This document shows positions 14,081 to 23,492 of a DNA stretch of 32,000 bases, piece by piece (the stretch's first letter is position 1; the number at the start of each line of letters is the position of its first letter). This DNA comes from an uncultured archaeon (GTDB lineage: Archaea > Asgardarchaeota > Jordiarchaeia > Jordiarchaeales > Jordiarchaeaceae). A program made the position numbers and the translations under genes. The notes beneath the pieces are model-generated. The model did not search any database. It worked only from the letters and a program-made list of their open reading frames with translations, and was not told the DNA's origin. Location of the stretch: NCBI GenBank assembly GCA_964510585.1, contig CAZECW010000003.1, positions 1 through 32,000 on the forward strand. The letters are read 5' to 3'.

Positions 14081-16786
14081 TTATGTTGGGAAGGCTGTTT
14101 TTATTTCTTCGTAGAGTTCGGGGAAGCTGTTTAACCATTCTTTTCTTTCTTTTTTGAGTTGTTGAACCATTTCTTCTATTTGCTCAATGCTGTACCACCT
14201 TTCTAGTTTAAATTTTTCCATGTCTACGCCTTCCACCTCTTTGGGCACTAATGTGCCGAAGTATGGTTCGGGTATCCACTCTATGTTGTTTCTGGCTATG
14301 CCTCGGATTATGGAGGCCATTTCTTTTATCTGGATTCGTTCCACTTTTCTCTTAATTATGCTTATTCCTTCTTCATTTACTTCTCTAAGTTCTCCCACTC
14401 CACCGGTGTTTATAAGGTAGCACTGCACCTTGTCTCCCAGTCCTTTTAGTATTTCGTAGAACCTGTTTCCCTCTTGGCCTTTGCTTCCCACTATGAAGGG
14501 ATTTGTTCCTACTTCGCGTACTGACTGTCCTGCTCTTTTGGGGTCGCTTCCCGAACTTTCAATTGATTCTCCAAGCATGAATGCGGCTGCGGCTTGTTCA
14601 ATGGTTAGTTTGGATGCTATTGGTACTACGGTGTTTCTTCTGGTAATCATTAGGACTATTAGTCCGTCGACGTCTTTTAGGGGAGGGAGGTTAACTGAGG
14701 GGCTTTTGTACTTTCCAAAGTCGTCTCTCTGCATTATTCCGCGTCCGTTGCCTGTGAGTATGTCGCTTTCAAATAGCACGTTTCCCTTGTAGTCCACCAT
14801 AACGTTTTCCAGTATAGCGCTGGGTTTGGTCACCGCATTGTAGATTAGGGGCTGTATTTCTGGGTTTAGGTCTTCTGTTTTTAGGTAGAATCCTCTCTCG
14901 GTTCCTAGGGCTGAGCCGTCTGGTCTTAGTGCTACGAAGTCGTCTTGTACTATTTCGATTCCCTCACCATCTGCTTCGTTAAGGTCGTGGGTGTGGCAGC
15001 TGTGGGTGGTTTTACCTGTTGCGGTGAGTCCGAATATTAGCGTATTGTACGTTTTTATTTTTCCCGTTTTGGCATCTCTTGCTCTTATGATTTTTGCTCC
15101 GGCGTGTAATCCGAGCATTCCCTGCTGTTTGGCGAACCACATGGCCATTCTCAAGAAGCCCTTTTTAGCCTCGCCGTAATAGTCGGTTCCCAGAATGAAT
15201 GTTACTCCAATTTCTGGAAATACTATTATTTGTCGGTCCTTTTCCTGCCATTCTGGAATGTAAACTATGTATAGGTGGGGGCCGTTATAGTTTTCTTTTG
15301 GGTCGAATAGTGTTTGGTTGACCATGTGGGCCAGCCTAATCATTTCTCCCCTGTGTACGGAGACGTAGAGGGTGCATCTGGGTGTGAAGTAGGGGTTATC
15401 TCCCATGGTGCGGTCAGTGCACACAAATGGTGCGCTCTTAATGTATTGGAGGACGTCGCTCATTGTTTTGGGTAGGTTTTTCATAAGTTCCTTCTGTTTG
15501 GGGCTCATCTCGTATTGGACTACTTCTGGGCTTCCCACGATTATGGTTAGGCCTGCGCTTCTGTTTTTCACGGTGGAGACGAAATTATAGTTGTTGAACT
15601 TTGTTTTGGTGCCATAGGCTTCCGCCATCTCCCTGATTTTTTGTTCTGATAGGTGTTTAACATTGCTTCTATTGTAGAGCTTTTCCACGGCTTGCCTTAT
15701 TTCGTTTAGGTCTATTTGGGAGATGATTTCGTCAATTTCGGCTTTTGCCCTCTCCTTTTCTTCTATTAATGGTTCGAGATATTCTTTGGTGGTAATTATT
15801 CTTCTTACTTCCTTTTGCATTTCCAAAAGGGGATGGGCTAAATTCAGGTAGTATACCGCTGCGAATTTGAAAATATTCTTGTAAAATTCAATTTCAAGCT
15901 TTTCTCGCTTACTGCTCCGTACCATTAGGTAGGGATTGAAGAATGGCTGCTGGGAATGTGTGAGAATCTTTATGGCTTCCTGTGGGGTGAGACGCTTAGC
16001 AATTCTTGGATCCTTGCGATAATTTACAAGTAGAAAAATGAGCTTAATACGGGTGGTGTCCACATATTTTTCATTTCCACCTATCCACCAAGGGTCGAGC
16101 ATAAAGTGGTTATTTTCCTTTTTGCTTTTTTCGTATAGTGCCTGGAGTCTTGGATAAATTTTTATGAGTTCTTTTTTTAGGAAGAATTTTCTCTCAGAGA
16201 CCGATGTAGATATGCGCCCCTTTTCTCCACCAAGTTGCTCCACATATATTATGTCGTCTGAGTGTATTCTGGCTCTATCCATCTCTAAAAGGAGGAATGC
16301 ATTTGTGCTGACTCCCCGCCCAGTTTCACCCATGAAGGCTACGCCCTCACCATTAATGTCTACCAGACTACCCCTCAGAAAGTTTAATCTCTCCTGTTCC
16401 TCGCAGACATCAGCAACAATCCCTAGGGCTAATGCCCGAACAAATTCATAGTTTCCAATATTGAATACTATTCCTGTTTTGGTTTCAGAGTTGTAATATA
16501 TTCCGGGAGGCTCGTCGTAAAGTCCAGTAGCTGCATATATTACTCCGTGGGGGCGAAGGTTGCGGTCTATGGCTGCGGGGAACCAGTTTTCTCTCCAAAA
16601 ATCATCTAAATGGGGTTCGTTGGTTCTCAATTGAATTATGTAGCCGTTTATGTTTGCGTTCCAAACGTAAATAGAATCGTAACCCATATGCCTCTCTGCT
16701 TTTTGAACCAATTCTTCCCTTTTCTCACGAGAGATTCCTACGTCGATAACGCCTTTCTTTCCGGGAACCTGCTCCATTTCAACCAT
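14081..16786 (-). CDS. pckA: ATP-dependent phosphoenolpyruvate carboxykinase with an extra N-terminal PEPCK/HprK-like P-loop domain (~901 aa)
   Basis: C-terminal ~560 aa carry YYGEAKKG, LHAG, FGLTATGKTT, VQDD, ERGFYLKT, ENV, NGRG, NPF, YLINTG. N-terminal ~340 aa carry LRGSLVDINGEGVAFMGETGRGVST...IHSDD. GAGGAG RBS is 8 nt before ATG 16786. Confidence 0.88.
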   Translation of the reverse strand: MVEMEQVPGKKGVIDVGISREKREELVQKAERHMGYDSIYVWNANINGYIIQLRTNEPHLDDFWRENWFPAAIDRNLRPHGVIYAATGLYDEPPGIYYNSETKTGIVFNIGNYEFVRALALGIVADVCEEQERLNFLRGSLVDINGEGVAFMGETGRGVSTNAFLLLEMDRARIHSDDIIYVEQLGGEKGRISTSVSERKFFLKKELIKIYPRLQALYEKSKKENNHFMLDPWWIGGNEKYVDTTRIKLIFLLVNYRKDPRIAKRLTPQEAIKILTHSQQPFFNPYLMVRSSKREKLEIEFYKNIFKFAAVYYLNLAHPLLEMQKEVRRIITTKEYLEPLIEEKERAKAEIDEIISQIDLNEIRQAVEKLYNRSNVKHLSEQKIREMAEAYGTKTKFNNYNFVSTVKNRSAGLTIIVGSPEVVQYEMSPKQKELMKNLPKTMSDVLQYIKSAPFVCTDRTMGDNPYFTPRCTLYVSVHRGEMIRLAHMVNQTLFDPKENYNGPHLYIVYIPEWQEKDRQIIVFPEIGVTFILGTDYYGEAKKGFLRMAMWFAKQQGMLGLHAGAKIIRARDAKTGKIKTYNTLIFGLTATGKTTHSCHTHDLNEADGEGIEIVQDDFVALRPDGSALGTERGFYLKTEDLNPEIQPLIYNAVTKPSAILENVMVDYKGNVLFESDILTGNGRGIMQRDDFGKYKSPSVNLPPLKDVDGLIVLMITRRNTVVPIASKLTIEQAAAAFMLGESIESSGSDPKRAGQSVREVGTNPFIVGSKGQEGNRFYEILKGLGDKVQCYLINTGGVGELREVNEEGISIIKRKVERIQIKEMASIIRGIARNNIEWIPEPYFGTLVPKEVEGVDMEKFKLERWYSIEQIEEMVQQLKKERKEWLNSFPELYEEIKTAFPT

Positions 16787-16862
16787 TCTCATTACTCCTC
16801 GGACAGGACATCCTAGCCCACAAGTCAATACGTTTTTTTTCAGATACCAAGTTAACTACACC

Positions 16863-16877
16863 TTTTTATAGGTTTTC
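16863..16877 (-). promoter_or_regulatory. Putative BRE-TATA promoter of pckA
   Basis: Minus strand reads GAAAACC-TATAAAAA. Confidence 0.5.
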
Positions 16878-17195
16878 ATTGTATGGCTGTTAGGGTCTCG
16901 AAGGTAGGCATTTATTTGTTAAAAATGATTCTAATTTACCGCCATTTTTATCTTTTTATGTTAAAATTAAGGTTTCGGGTATTATTTTTATACTTCTTTG
17001 TTCAATTCTAATATTGCCCTTGCAAAATTTTTCCAGTGACCCTAAAGGAATGATGCTGGAAGAGCCGTATGACCATTTTTGGGATGATTTGCAAAAAGGG
17101 CACCCCCGACAGAGGTTTTTACCCATCAAAAATTCTTCAAAAATAAACTCTGCCCAGAAAGGTAACCATTCTTCATATATTTATTGCTGTTAATT

Positions 17196-18332
17196 TTAAT
17201 GGTTTATTCTGGCTGTGTTTTGTGGGAATAATTTTTCTGATATGTGTTTTGTGAGTATGTCCAAGTTTTTTCCCGTTTTTGCGGAAATTGGAATTATTCT
17301 ATTTTCATTTTCGGGGCCTAGCATATCCCTCGTAATTTCTAATACCTGTTCAAGGTTGTCTGTGTTTGTTTCGTCTATTTTGTTTAGCACTATGGTGATT
17401 TTCTGTCTCTGAACAGAGATTGCTTCTAGTACTTTTAATCCTTCACTTAGCTTTAGAGCCACTATTTCGGGGGGTTCGTTGGCTGGAAGTAAAAATATTA
17501 GGAGATCAGCGTACTGGAAGTCAATAAGATTTATTTCAAAGGAGGTCAAAAGACGAGGATCCAAATCAATTACGAAACCAATTGTGTCGACAAATAGAAC
17601 GTTCTCGTTTTCTAGCCATTTCTTATATTTTGCAGAGAGAGTGGTGAAGGGCATCCCACTCACTGGCTTATCGGCTCCCGTGAGCCGGTTAAAAAGGGTG
17701 GTCTTGCCCGAATTATAGTAGCCGCCTATAGTGACTATTTTGGCTCCCTCCTCCTTCCTCCTAGTTACCTGTAATTTTTTTTCTTGGAGCATTCGGTCAA
17801 TTTCCCTCTTAATGGAGGCCTCCCTCTTTGTAAAGGATTTCAGGACACTGTGCATAGCATATTCTCCCCCACTCATTAGAAAGGCGTGTTCCTCCTTGTA
17901 CTTTTTTGAAACTATCACTTTGCGCAGGGGAATCTCCTTTCTCATTCTTGCCAGCTTAATCTGCAGTAGTGATAAACTGTCCGAAGCGTTAAGCTCAAAG
18001 ATTTCAAGAGTCAAGTCGTACCTGTCCATAACATTTGCTTCTAACTCTCTAGATAGGTTCAAAAACTGGATGGAGGAAAGCCTATTGTAAACTATGAAAT
18101 TGTCAATATCTCGAGATTTCATAAGCTCCTTTATCTCCTGCACCTTCCCCCTCCCAAAGAGAGTACTGCTCGAGGGCTTTTTTGCCTGAACCACCTCCTC
18201 AACTACTTCGTATCCCGCGCTTGTTGCAAGCTTCTTTAACTCATCCAGCTTTACACGGAACAAGAAATGGTCGTGGAAATCAGTCTTCAGCATACCGACG
18301 CAAGCACGCCTGTTAAAAATTCTCTTTTCCAA
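17196..18332 (-). CDS. hflX: Ribosome-associated GTPase HflX (divergent archaeal type)
   Basis: G.GKVQEI and DR..L.LEIF N-domain motifs. G1 GYYNSGKTT, G2 PFTTL, G3 DTIGF, G4 NKID, G5 SAK. TTG start. Confidence 0.9.
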   Translation of the reverse strand: MEKRIFNRRACVGMLKTDFHDHFLFRVKLDELKKLATSAGYEVVEEVVQAKKPSSSTLFGRGKVQEIKELMKSRDIDNFIVYNRLSSIQFLNLSRELEANVMDRYDLTLEIFELNASDSLSLLQIKLARMRKEIPLRKVIVSKKYKEEHAFLMSGGEYAMHSVLKSFTKREASIKREIDRMLQEKKLQVTRRKEEGAKIVTIGGYYNSGKTTLFNRLTGADKPVSGMPFTTLSAKYKKWLENENVLFVDTIGFVIDLDPRLLTSFEINLIDFQYADLLIFLLPANEPPEIVALKLSEGLKVLEAISVQRQKITIVLNKIDETNTDNLEQVLEITRDMLGPENENRIIPISAKTGKNLDILTKHISEKLFPQNTARINH

Positions 18333-19096
18333 TTACTCGCCCTCTAAAAAATTTCTTGAAAGTTTCATGGAGGAAAGAAAACTGAATTTTCGCTGCCCTA
18401 ACACACAGTGAAAATATCTTAATCAATTTTTTCCATACCGTATATCCTCTGAAACTCGAGGAATTCTTGGCACAGTTAGAAATAAAAGAAAACATATTGC
18501 TTTTTTGTTCCAACAGGAGAAGCAGGAGCGAAATTTGTTGTGGGCTTAAAAAGAAGGATGGCAAATTGAATCTCTCCAAACGGCTGCAAGGAGAAATAAG
18601 TGTTATAACGCAGAGATGCTCATAGCAGTATTTCTCACTTACCCGAATTCATAAAAAAGGTTCCCACCACCACTCCAGCCGCCAGAAACACCGTTGAGAC
18701 TCATTTATGTGACCATTTCTCCAAAAACGACACTCAAAAAGTTTTACCGTGAGGCTACAATCTTTTCGGACACTCAGTTCGAGGGGAAATCTGGAAATTA
18801 CTGTTAAAAGTGTCCATAGACAATAATCTGCCTATTGTTCAAGGAAGGGAGTCTGTGGATTCCAGAAAATATGGCGGAAATTTTCCTTGAAAAATGGGGG
18901 AGAGGCTTCCTTGGAAAATCATATGCAGATAAGTGGATATACTAAATATTCGGGATTCCCAACCGAACAGAAAATAGAGCTTGAGAAGTTAACTTTATGC
19001 AAAAATTAACCTCTCACTACCATCCATTTTTTTGCTCTTTTTTCCTCACAAAAATTAATATTTCGCTAAACATTTTTTAAAATGGAGGCCGTTCTT

Positions 19097-19819
19097 ATGC
19101 GTGTAGCAATTTTTTCTGATATTCATTCTAACCTCTATGCACTTGAGAAGGTCTTAGAGTCTATCGAACGTGAGAGTGTAGACTTGATGCTTTGCGGCGG
19201 GGATCTGGTTGGTTATGGGCCGTTTCCTAACGAGGTTATTAATGTCTTGAGGGAGCGAAAAATACCTACATTGATGGGTAATTACGATGATGGAGTAGGA
19301 TTTAATAGAGATGACTGTGGTTGCGCCTATCGTAGTCGGAGGGAAGCTGAACTGGGAGAAATTTCACTAAAATGGACTATTTCTAAGGTTACCGAGGAAA
19401 ACAAATCTTTTCTAAGAAATCTTCTGGGAAACACATATTACTCTTGGAGTGGTATGAGGATTCTCCATGTTCATGGAAGCCCCCGAAGAATAAATGAGTA
19501 CCTGTATGAGGACAGACCAGAAAAAAACTTGCTCAGAATGCTTGAACCACTAAAAATAGATCTTTTAGTATGTGGCCACACCCACATACCCTATCACAGG
19601 ATAGTTGGGAAGATTCATATTGTAAACACTGGTAGCGTGGGAAAACCTAAGGACGGTGACCCCAGAGCCTGCTACGTACTATTGGAAATAGAAGATGGAC
19701 TCACTGTCCATTTCAAAAGAGTTCCCTACGATATAGATGGAACTATCCAAGCAATAAAAAGTGTGGGTCTTCCCAGAGAATTTGCTGAGGACCTTTACTC
19801 TGCCACTTTTACACATTAA
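19097..19819 (+). CDS. Calcineurin-like metallophosphoesterase (YfcE/MJ0912-like) with a CGCAY motif
   Basis: SDIHSN, GDLVGYG, GNYD, HGSP, GHTH, NTGSVG. GGAGG RBS before ATG 19097. Confidence 0.92.
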   Translation: MRVAIFSDIHSNLYALEKVLESIERESVDLMLCGGDLVGYGPFPNEVINVLRERKIPTLMGNYDDGVGFNRDDCGCAYRSRREAELGEISLKWTISKVTEENKSFLRNLLGNTYYSWSGMRILHVHGSPRRINEYLYEDRPEKNLLRMLEPLKIDLLVCGHTHIPYHRIVGKIHIVNTGSVGKPKDGDPRACYVLLEIEDGLTVHFKRVPYDIDGTIQAIKSVGLPREFAEDLYSATFTH

Positions 19820-19852
19820 AGAGTCTAACTTTCTCACTTTTCCTAGACGCCC

Positions 19853-20059
19853 TTAAATGTGGTCTTTGTAATACTCGATGAATGTTTTTAATGACCGGTC
19901 ATATGTTCTTTCCAACTCTGGTGGAAAAAGACAGCCCGGAAGTTCGCCTCTTTTCCAATGATTACGTAAACATTCGCAGCACTTGCCCCTTTTACTGCAA
20001 GAAGTATAAGTGCATTTACAATTTCTCAGATTTTCTTCAATACTACACTCTGTTTTCAT
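19853..20059 (-). CDS. Small Cys-rich protein (DUF6485-like)
   Basis: 68 aa with C...N...C.CTY..C...GKCCECL..H....ELPGC.FP...E.TYDRS, a pattern I recognise as DUF6485. Confidence 0.75.
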   Translation of the reverse strand: MKTECSIEENLRNCKCTYTSCSKRGKCCECLRNHWKRGELPGCLFPPELERTYDRSLKTFIEYYKDHI

Positions 20060-20328
20060 TTCACAAACCCCAAAAAGCATTGGAAGTCAAAGATTCAACA
20101 AGCCCTTAAAAAATATTCCCTCATACACACAAGTTGCAGAATTTATTTTTATTACTTTTCACATCTATCTCGGAGAATTCTTTGCAAGTTTATCTTTTCA
20201 GTTTGAAAAATTTTCAAAACTCCAAATAAAAGCATCACAAAATCTAAATTACGAGGCAAAACAGGAAAGGAAATAGCTTAATTTTTGGTGGATTCCGCAT
20301 GTTAGAATATTTAACGAATCTGTAGTTG

Positions 20329-21849
20329 TTATCTTCCAGTAAGTATTAGTGAGATTAAATGTGTGATGTCTAAACCCCAGCCTAGTACGTGGGAGAATCC
20401 TAGTAGTAGGATTATTCCGATGAAGAGGCTCACAAGTGTGATGGGCACTCCAAGTTTCATGAATTCACTCCAAGAGACATGGTAGCCTTCCTTTTCTAGG
20501 GCTGTTATTCCAATCAGGTTCGGCAGGCCCCCTATGGGTGTTAGGCTGGCTCCAATGTTTGCTCCATACACTAGTGACCATATCACAAGGTTTTCGTTTA
20601 TCAGAGCGGATGTGGATAGGCTGGGTGTCACATATAGTAGTGCTGTGGTTACAGAAATGTTATCTAGAATTCCCGACATCGTGGCGCAGAATACACTGAC
20701 CAGGCTTGCGGTTCCCGGAACATTGGAAAATATGAGGCCTCCCAGACTGTTTCCCATATTTTCTAGAACCTTTGTTCTATCTACACCTCCCACTATGATG
20801 AATATTCCAATGAAGAAGAATATGAGGCTCCAGTCCACTTCCTTCAGGGTTTTCTCTGGATCCTCGCCACTCACAAATAGGAAGGCAAAAGCAAATATGA
20901 GGGACACCACGTAGAAGGGTATGGTCAGCAGACCTGCTATGACGAATCCCGCTACAGTTGCTGAAAGCAGAATAGCTAAGCGGCGGAATATTTTTGGGTT
21001 TCTCATTAGCATCCTTTCATCGAAGGATAAAAGTTCTTCCTTTGTTTCTAGGTATCCTTCTTTGTCTTTGGGAATTTGGAATGCTTTCTTGAAGTGGCGA
21101 AATATGAAAAATATAGCCACAACTGTGCAGATAGCTGCGAAGGGTAAACCCAGCACCAGAAAAGTGGGGTAAGAGAGGAAACGTGTGGGATCCAAGTTAT
21201 AGTGGCCAGAGACTAGGATGTTAACGAAGCTACCTATAATTGTGGAGGCGCTAGCCGCGTTGACAACAAAGATTGTTCCAAGTATGTAAGGAACCGGGTC
21301 TAGATCCAGTACCCTAACTATCTGAAAGATAAGAACACTTACTATGATGAAGCATGGGTCACAGTTTAAAAGCATAGTTAGAACGAATGTTAATGCCCAT
21401 ATGTAAATGAAGAGTTTTCTTATGTCTCCTTTGCTAAACTTCACCACCTTAATTATGATGTACTCGAAGAGTCCCGAGCGGCTGGCAACCGTAGTAATAA
21501 TAACTATAGAAATAATTATGAGCAGAGTAGACCAGTTCACAAACTCTTTATATACATCATCATAGGAAAACAGTAGTTCATGGCTTACCAGCCCTCCCGA
21601 GACATAATATGTAAAGTAGGGAACCCAAGAATAGAGCGCTGAGAAAACACCACCAGCTATGAGCGTAGCCACAGCTCCCCCTAGGGCTGCTATAGTTCTG
21701 TGGAGGCGTTCAGTTGCAATCAAAGCAAAAGTTACGATAAGTATACTAGTGAAAACTACCTGAGCGGAAACAGGCGGCTGGATAAACCATTGAGCCCACT
21801 CGGGAATAAGAGAAGCTTCCAAGGATTCCAAGCCAAACATATTCTTCAA
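20329..21849 (-). CDS. ArsB/NhaD (SLC13/CitM, P-protein-like) ion-transporter superfamily permease
   Basis: About 12-13 hydrophobic segments. Motifs: RSGLFEY, LLNCD, NAASASTIIG..VNI, EVDWSLIFFFIGIFIIVGG, SGILDN, GANIGASLTPIGGLPNL. GGAGG RBS before TTG. Confidence 0.88.
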   Translation of the reverse strand: MKNMFGLESLEASLIPEWAQWFIQPPVSAQVVFTSILIVTFALIATERLHRTIAALGGAVATLIAGGVFSALYSWVPYFTYYVSGGLVSHELLFSYDDVYKEFVNWSTLLIIISIVIITTVASRSGLFEYIIIKVVKFSKGDIRKLFIYIWALTFVLTMLLNCDPCFIIVSVLIFQIVRVLDLDPVPYILGTIFVVNAASASTIIGSFVNILVSGHYNLDPTRFLSYPTFLVLGLPFAAICTVVAIFFIFRHFKKAFQIPKDKEGYLETKEELLSFDERMLMRNPKIFRRLAILLSATVAGFVIAGLLTIPFYVVSLIFAFAFLFVSGEDPEKTLKEVDWSLIFFFIGIFIIVGGVDRTKVLENMGNSLGGLIFSNVPGTASLVSVFCATMSGILDNISVTTALLYVTPSLSTSALINENLVIWSLVYGANIGASLTPIGGLPNLIGITALEKEGYHVSWSEFMKLGVPITLVSLFIGIILLLGFSHVLGWGLDITHLISLILTGR

Positions 21850-22430
21850 TCATTCCTCCTTGAGAGGATATACTTCTCACTAGAAAATCGAAGAACCAAA
21901 CCCACAAACCATCATTGTTATGATAGAGATTATTATGAAGGTTTCTCTTAAATGTAATGGTTACTCGAAATCCAAATTATTTCTATCTTAGCCATAAACT
22001 TTTATATAACCTTATCTAAATTTTGACACTCCTACGACTCGGAATCGGGGGCCTTCTCGCCAACAGTTTTGTAAGCCGCATCATGTAAATAGAAGACTTC
22101 AAAGGAAATATTCAGCTAGTCGGACCAAACTACTTCTTCAAGGGAACCTTCATCTTCTTCCAAACAGCACCAATAAGAGTAACTGAAGCCTCAAAAAAAC
22201 TAGGTTCCCACCTGATTAACGCAATCCTAAACCTCATTTTTTTCTACTGGTGCTAATCCTGATTTCTTGGCCTCGGAAAGTTTTCATATTATTGTTTTTG
22301 CAGCGTCTATCCATAGCGCACGAAAAAAATATTGCAATTAGAAATCACTTATACCTAACAATTAAAAAGTTGTCAAAGGGTTTTATGTCCTCAAGGGGAT
22401 ATGCTGGTTCCTGTCATCATTTAAACATAT

Positions 22431-23267
22431 TTATTCTTCTAGTTCTATACCTGTTTCCCTTTTTTCTTCTTCGCCCTTTATTCTTTTCAGGGCCCAGGCT
22501 GCCTTCTTTTGCACCCTCCAGTCAGAGTCCTTTAAAACTCTAGTTAGGGGTTCCACTGCTGTGGGCTCCCTCATTTCTCCTAGAGCCCAAACAGCCTTGT
22601 AGCGTATTTCCCCCTTTTCTGTAAGGACCTCTACTAGAGCTTTTGCAGCTCTGGGGTCTCCTATGGCTCTCAGGGCGTCTATGGTTTTTATGACAACTTC
22701 TTTGTCCTTATCTTTTAGTTTTTTTGTTAGGGGTATAACTGCTTCGGGATCCTTTATCTCTCCCAAAGCCCAGGCTGCGGTGCTGCGTACCTGCCAGTCC
22801 CTATCTCCAAGAGCTTTTATCAGGGCACCCACTGCTTCATTGCTTTTTATTTCCCCAAGGGCACGTGCAGCGTTTCTGCGCACCGCAAAGTTTTTGTCCT
22901 TAAGTGCCCGAGTTAAGGCTTTTACTCCTTTAGGATGCTTGATCCACCCAATGGCCAGGGCTGCGGTGCTGCGTACCTGCCAGTCCTTATCTTTTAGCTT
23001 GGTGGTTAGCGCGTAAATGGCTCGGGGGTCCCCAATTTCTCCAAGGGCTTCTATTATAGGTAAACTAGACTGGCCTTTACTAATTGTTAGTGCCTCTATT
23101 AGGGGTTTAACTGCGGGCTCGCCCATTTTTACTAGAAACTCGAAGAAGCTGGAACTAATTTTATCATTTTCATCCGAAAGTATTTTTATCATTCTGTCCA
23201 ATGCTTCCTTTTCGCCCTTCTGACACTCCTCCACAATACTTCCAAAGTTATCCTGCTCATTTAACAT
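22431..23267 (-). CDS. HEAT/PBS-lyase-like repeat protein (~7 repeats of 31 aa)
   Basis: Repeated AL..L.D.D..VR..AA.ALG.I.D..AV..L units. Confidence 0.92.
   Translation of the reverse strand: MLNEQDNFGSIVEECQKGEKEALDRMIKILSDENDKISSSFFEFLVKMGEPAVKPLIEALTISKGQSSLPIIEALGEIGDPRAIYALTTKLKDKDWQVRSTAALAIGWIKHPKGVKALTRALKDKNFAVRRNAARALGEIKSNEAVGALIKALGDRDWQVRSTAAWALGEIKDPEAVIPLTKKLKDKDKEVVIKTIDALRAIGDPRAAKALVEVLTEKGEIRYKAVWALGEMREPTAVEPLTRVLKDSDWRVQKKAAWALKRIKGEEEKRETGIELEE
22773..22986. repeat. Exact 28-bp direct repeat inside the HEAT gene (22773-22800 and 22959-22986)
   Basis: GGCTGCGGTGCTGCGTACCTGCCAGTCC occurs twice, 186 bp (two HEAT units) apart. It encodes DWQVRSTAA. Confidence 0.9.
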
Positions 23268-23492
23268 CTTTTTTCCGACTTCCCAAAAAACGCCCTTGAG
23301 ATATTATAAATAATCACTCTTTAATAAATCTGTTTGAGTATGGGAATAATTTGCAGAAAAAGGTAGACACTTGTAGAGCAGCTTTTTATAGAAACCTGAA
23401 ATTTTTCTGAAAAGGATGGGTGACATTTGTGTTGCGCTGAATTGTTAAAAAGAAGACTTTTTGGGAACTTAGGATGGAGGGCGGTGAACTTT

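Noticed and set aside
13966-14157. 63-aa Phe-rich ORF
   Set aside because: It is a translation of the oligo-T tract and overlaps the pckA 3' end.
16787-16828. Upstream TTG start for pckA (MTCGLGCP...) and similar N-terminal extensions in the track for 6342, 11508, 19082, 20080, 29464 and 30498
   Set aside because: The extensions contain the RBS or promoter DNA; downstream starts fit RBS spacing or the apparent domain start better.
18313-18579. 88-aa minus-strand ORF upstream of hflX
   Set aside because: Low-complexity, lacks an RBS, and overlaps the hflX start.
22023-22256. Plus-strand frame with one internal stop (LTLLRLGIGGLLANSF...*IEDFKGNIQLVGPNYFF...), a possible pseudogene; also ORF 22250-22543
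   Set aside because: No recognisable homology; it cannot be distinguished from chance without a database search.
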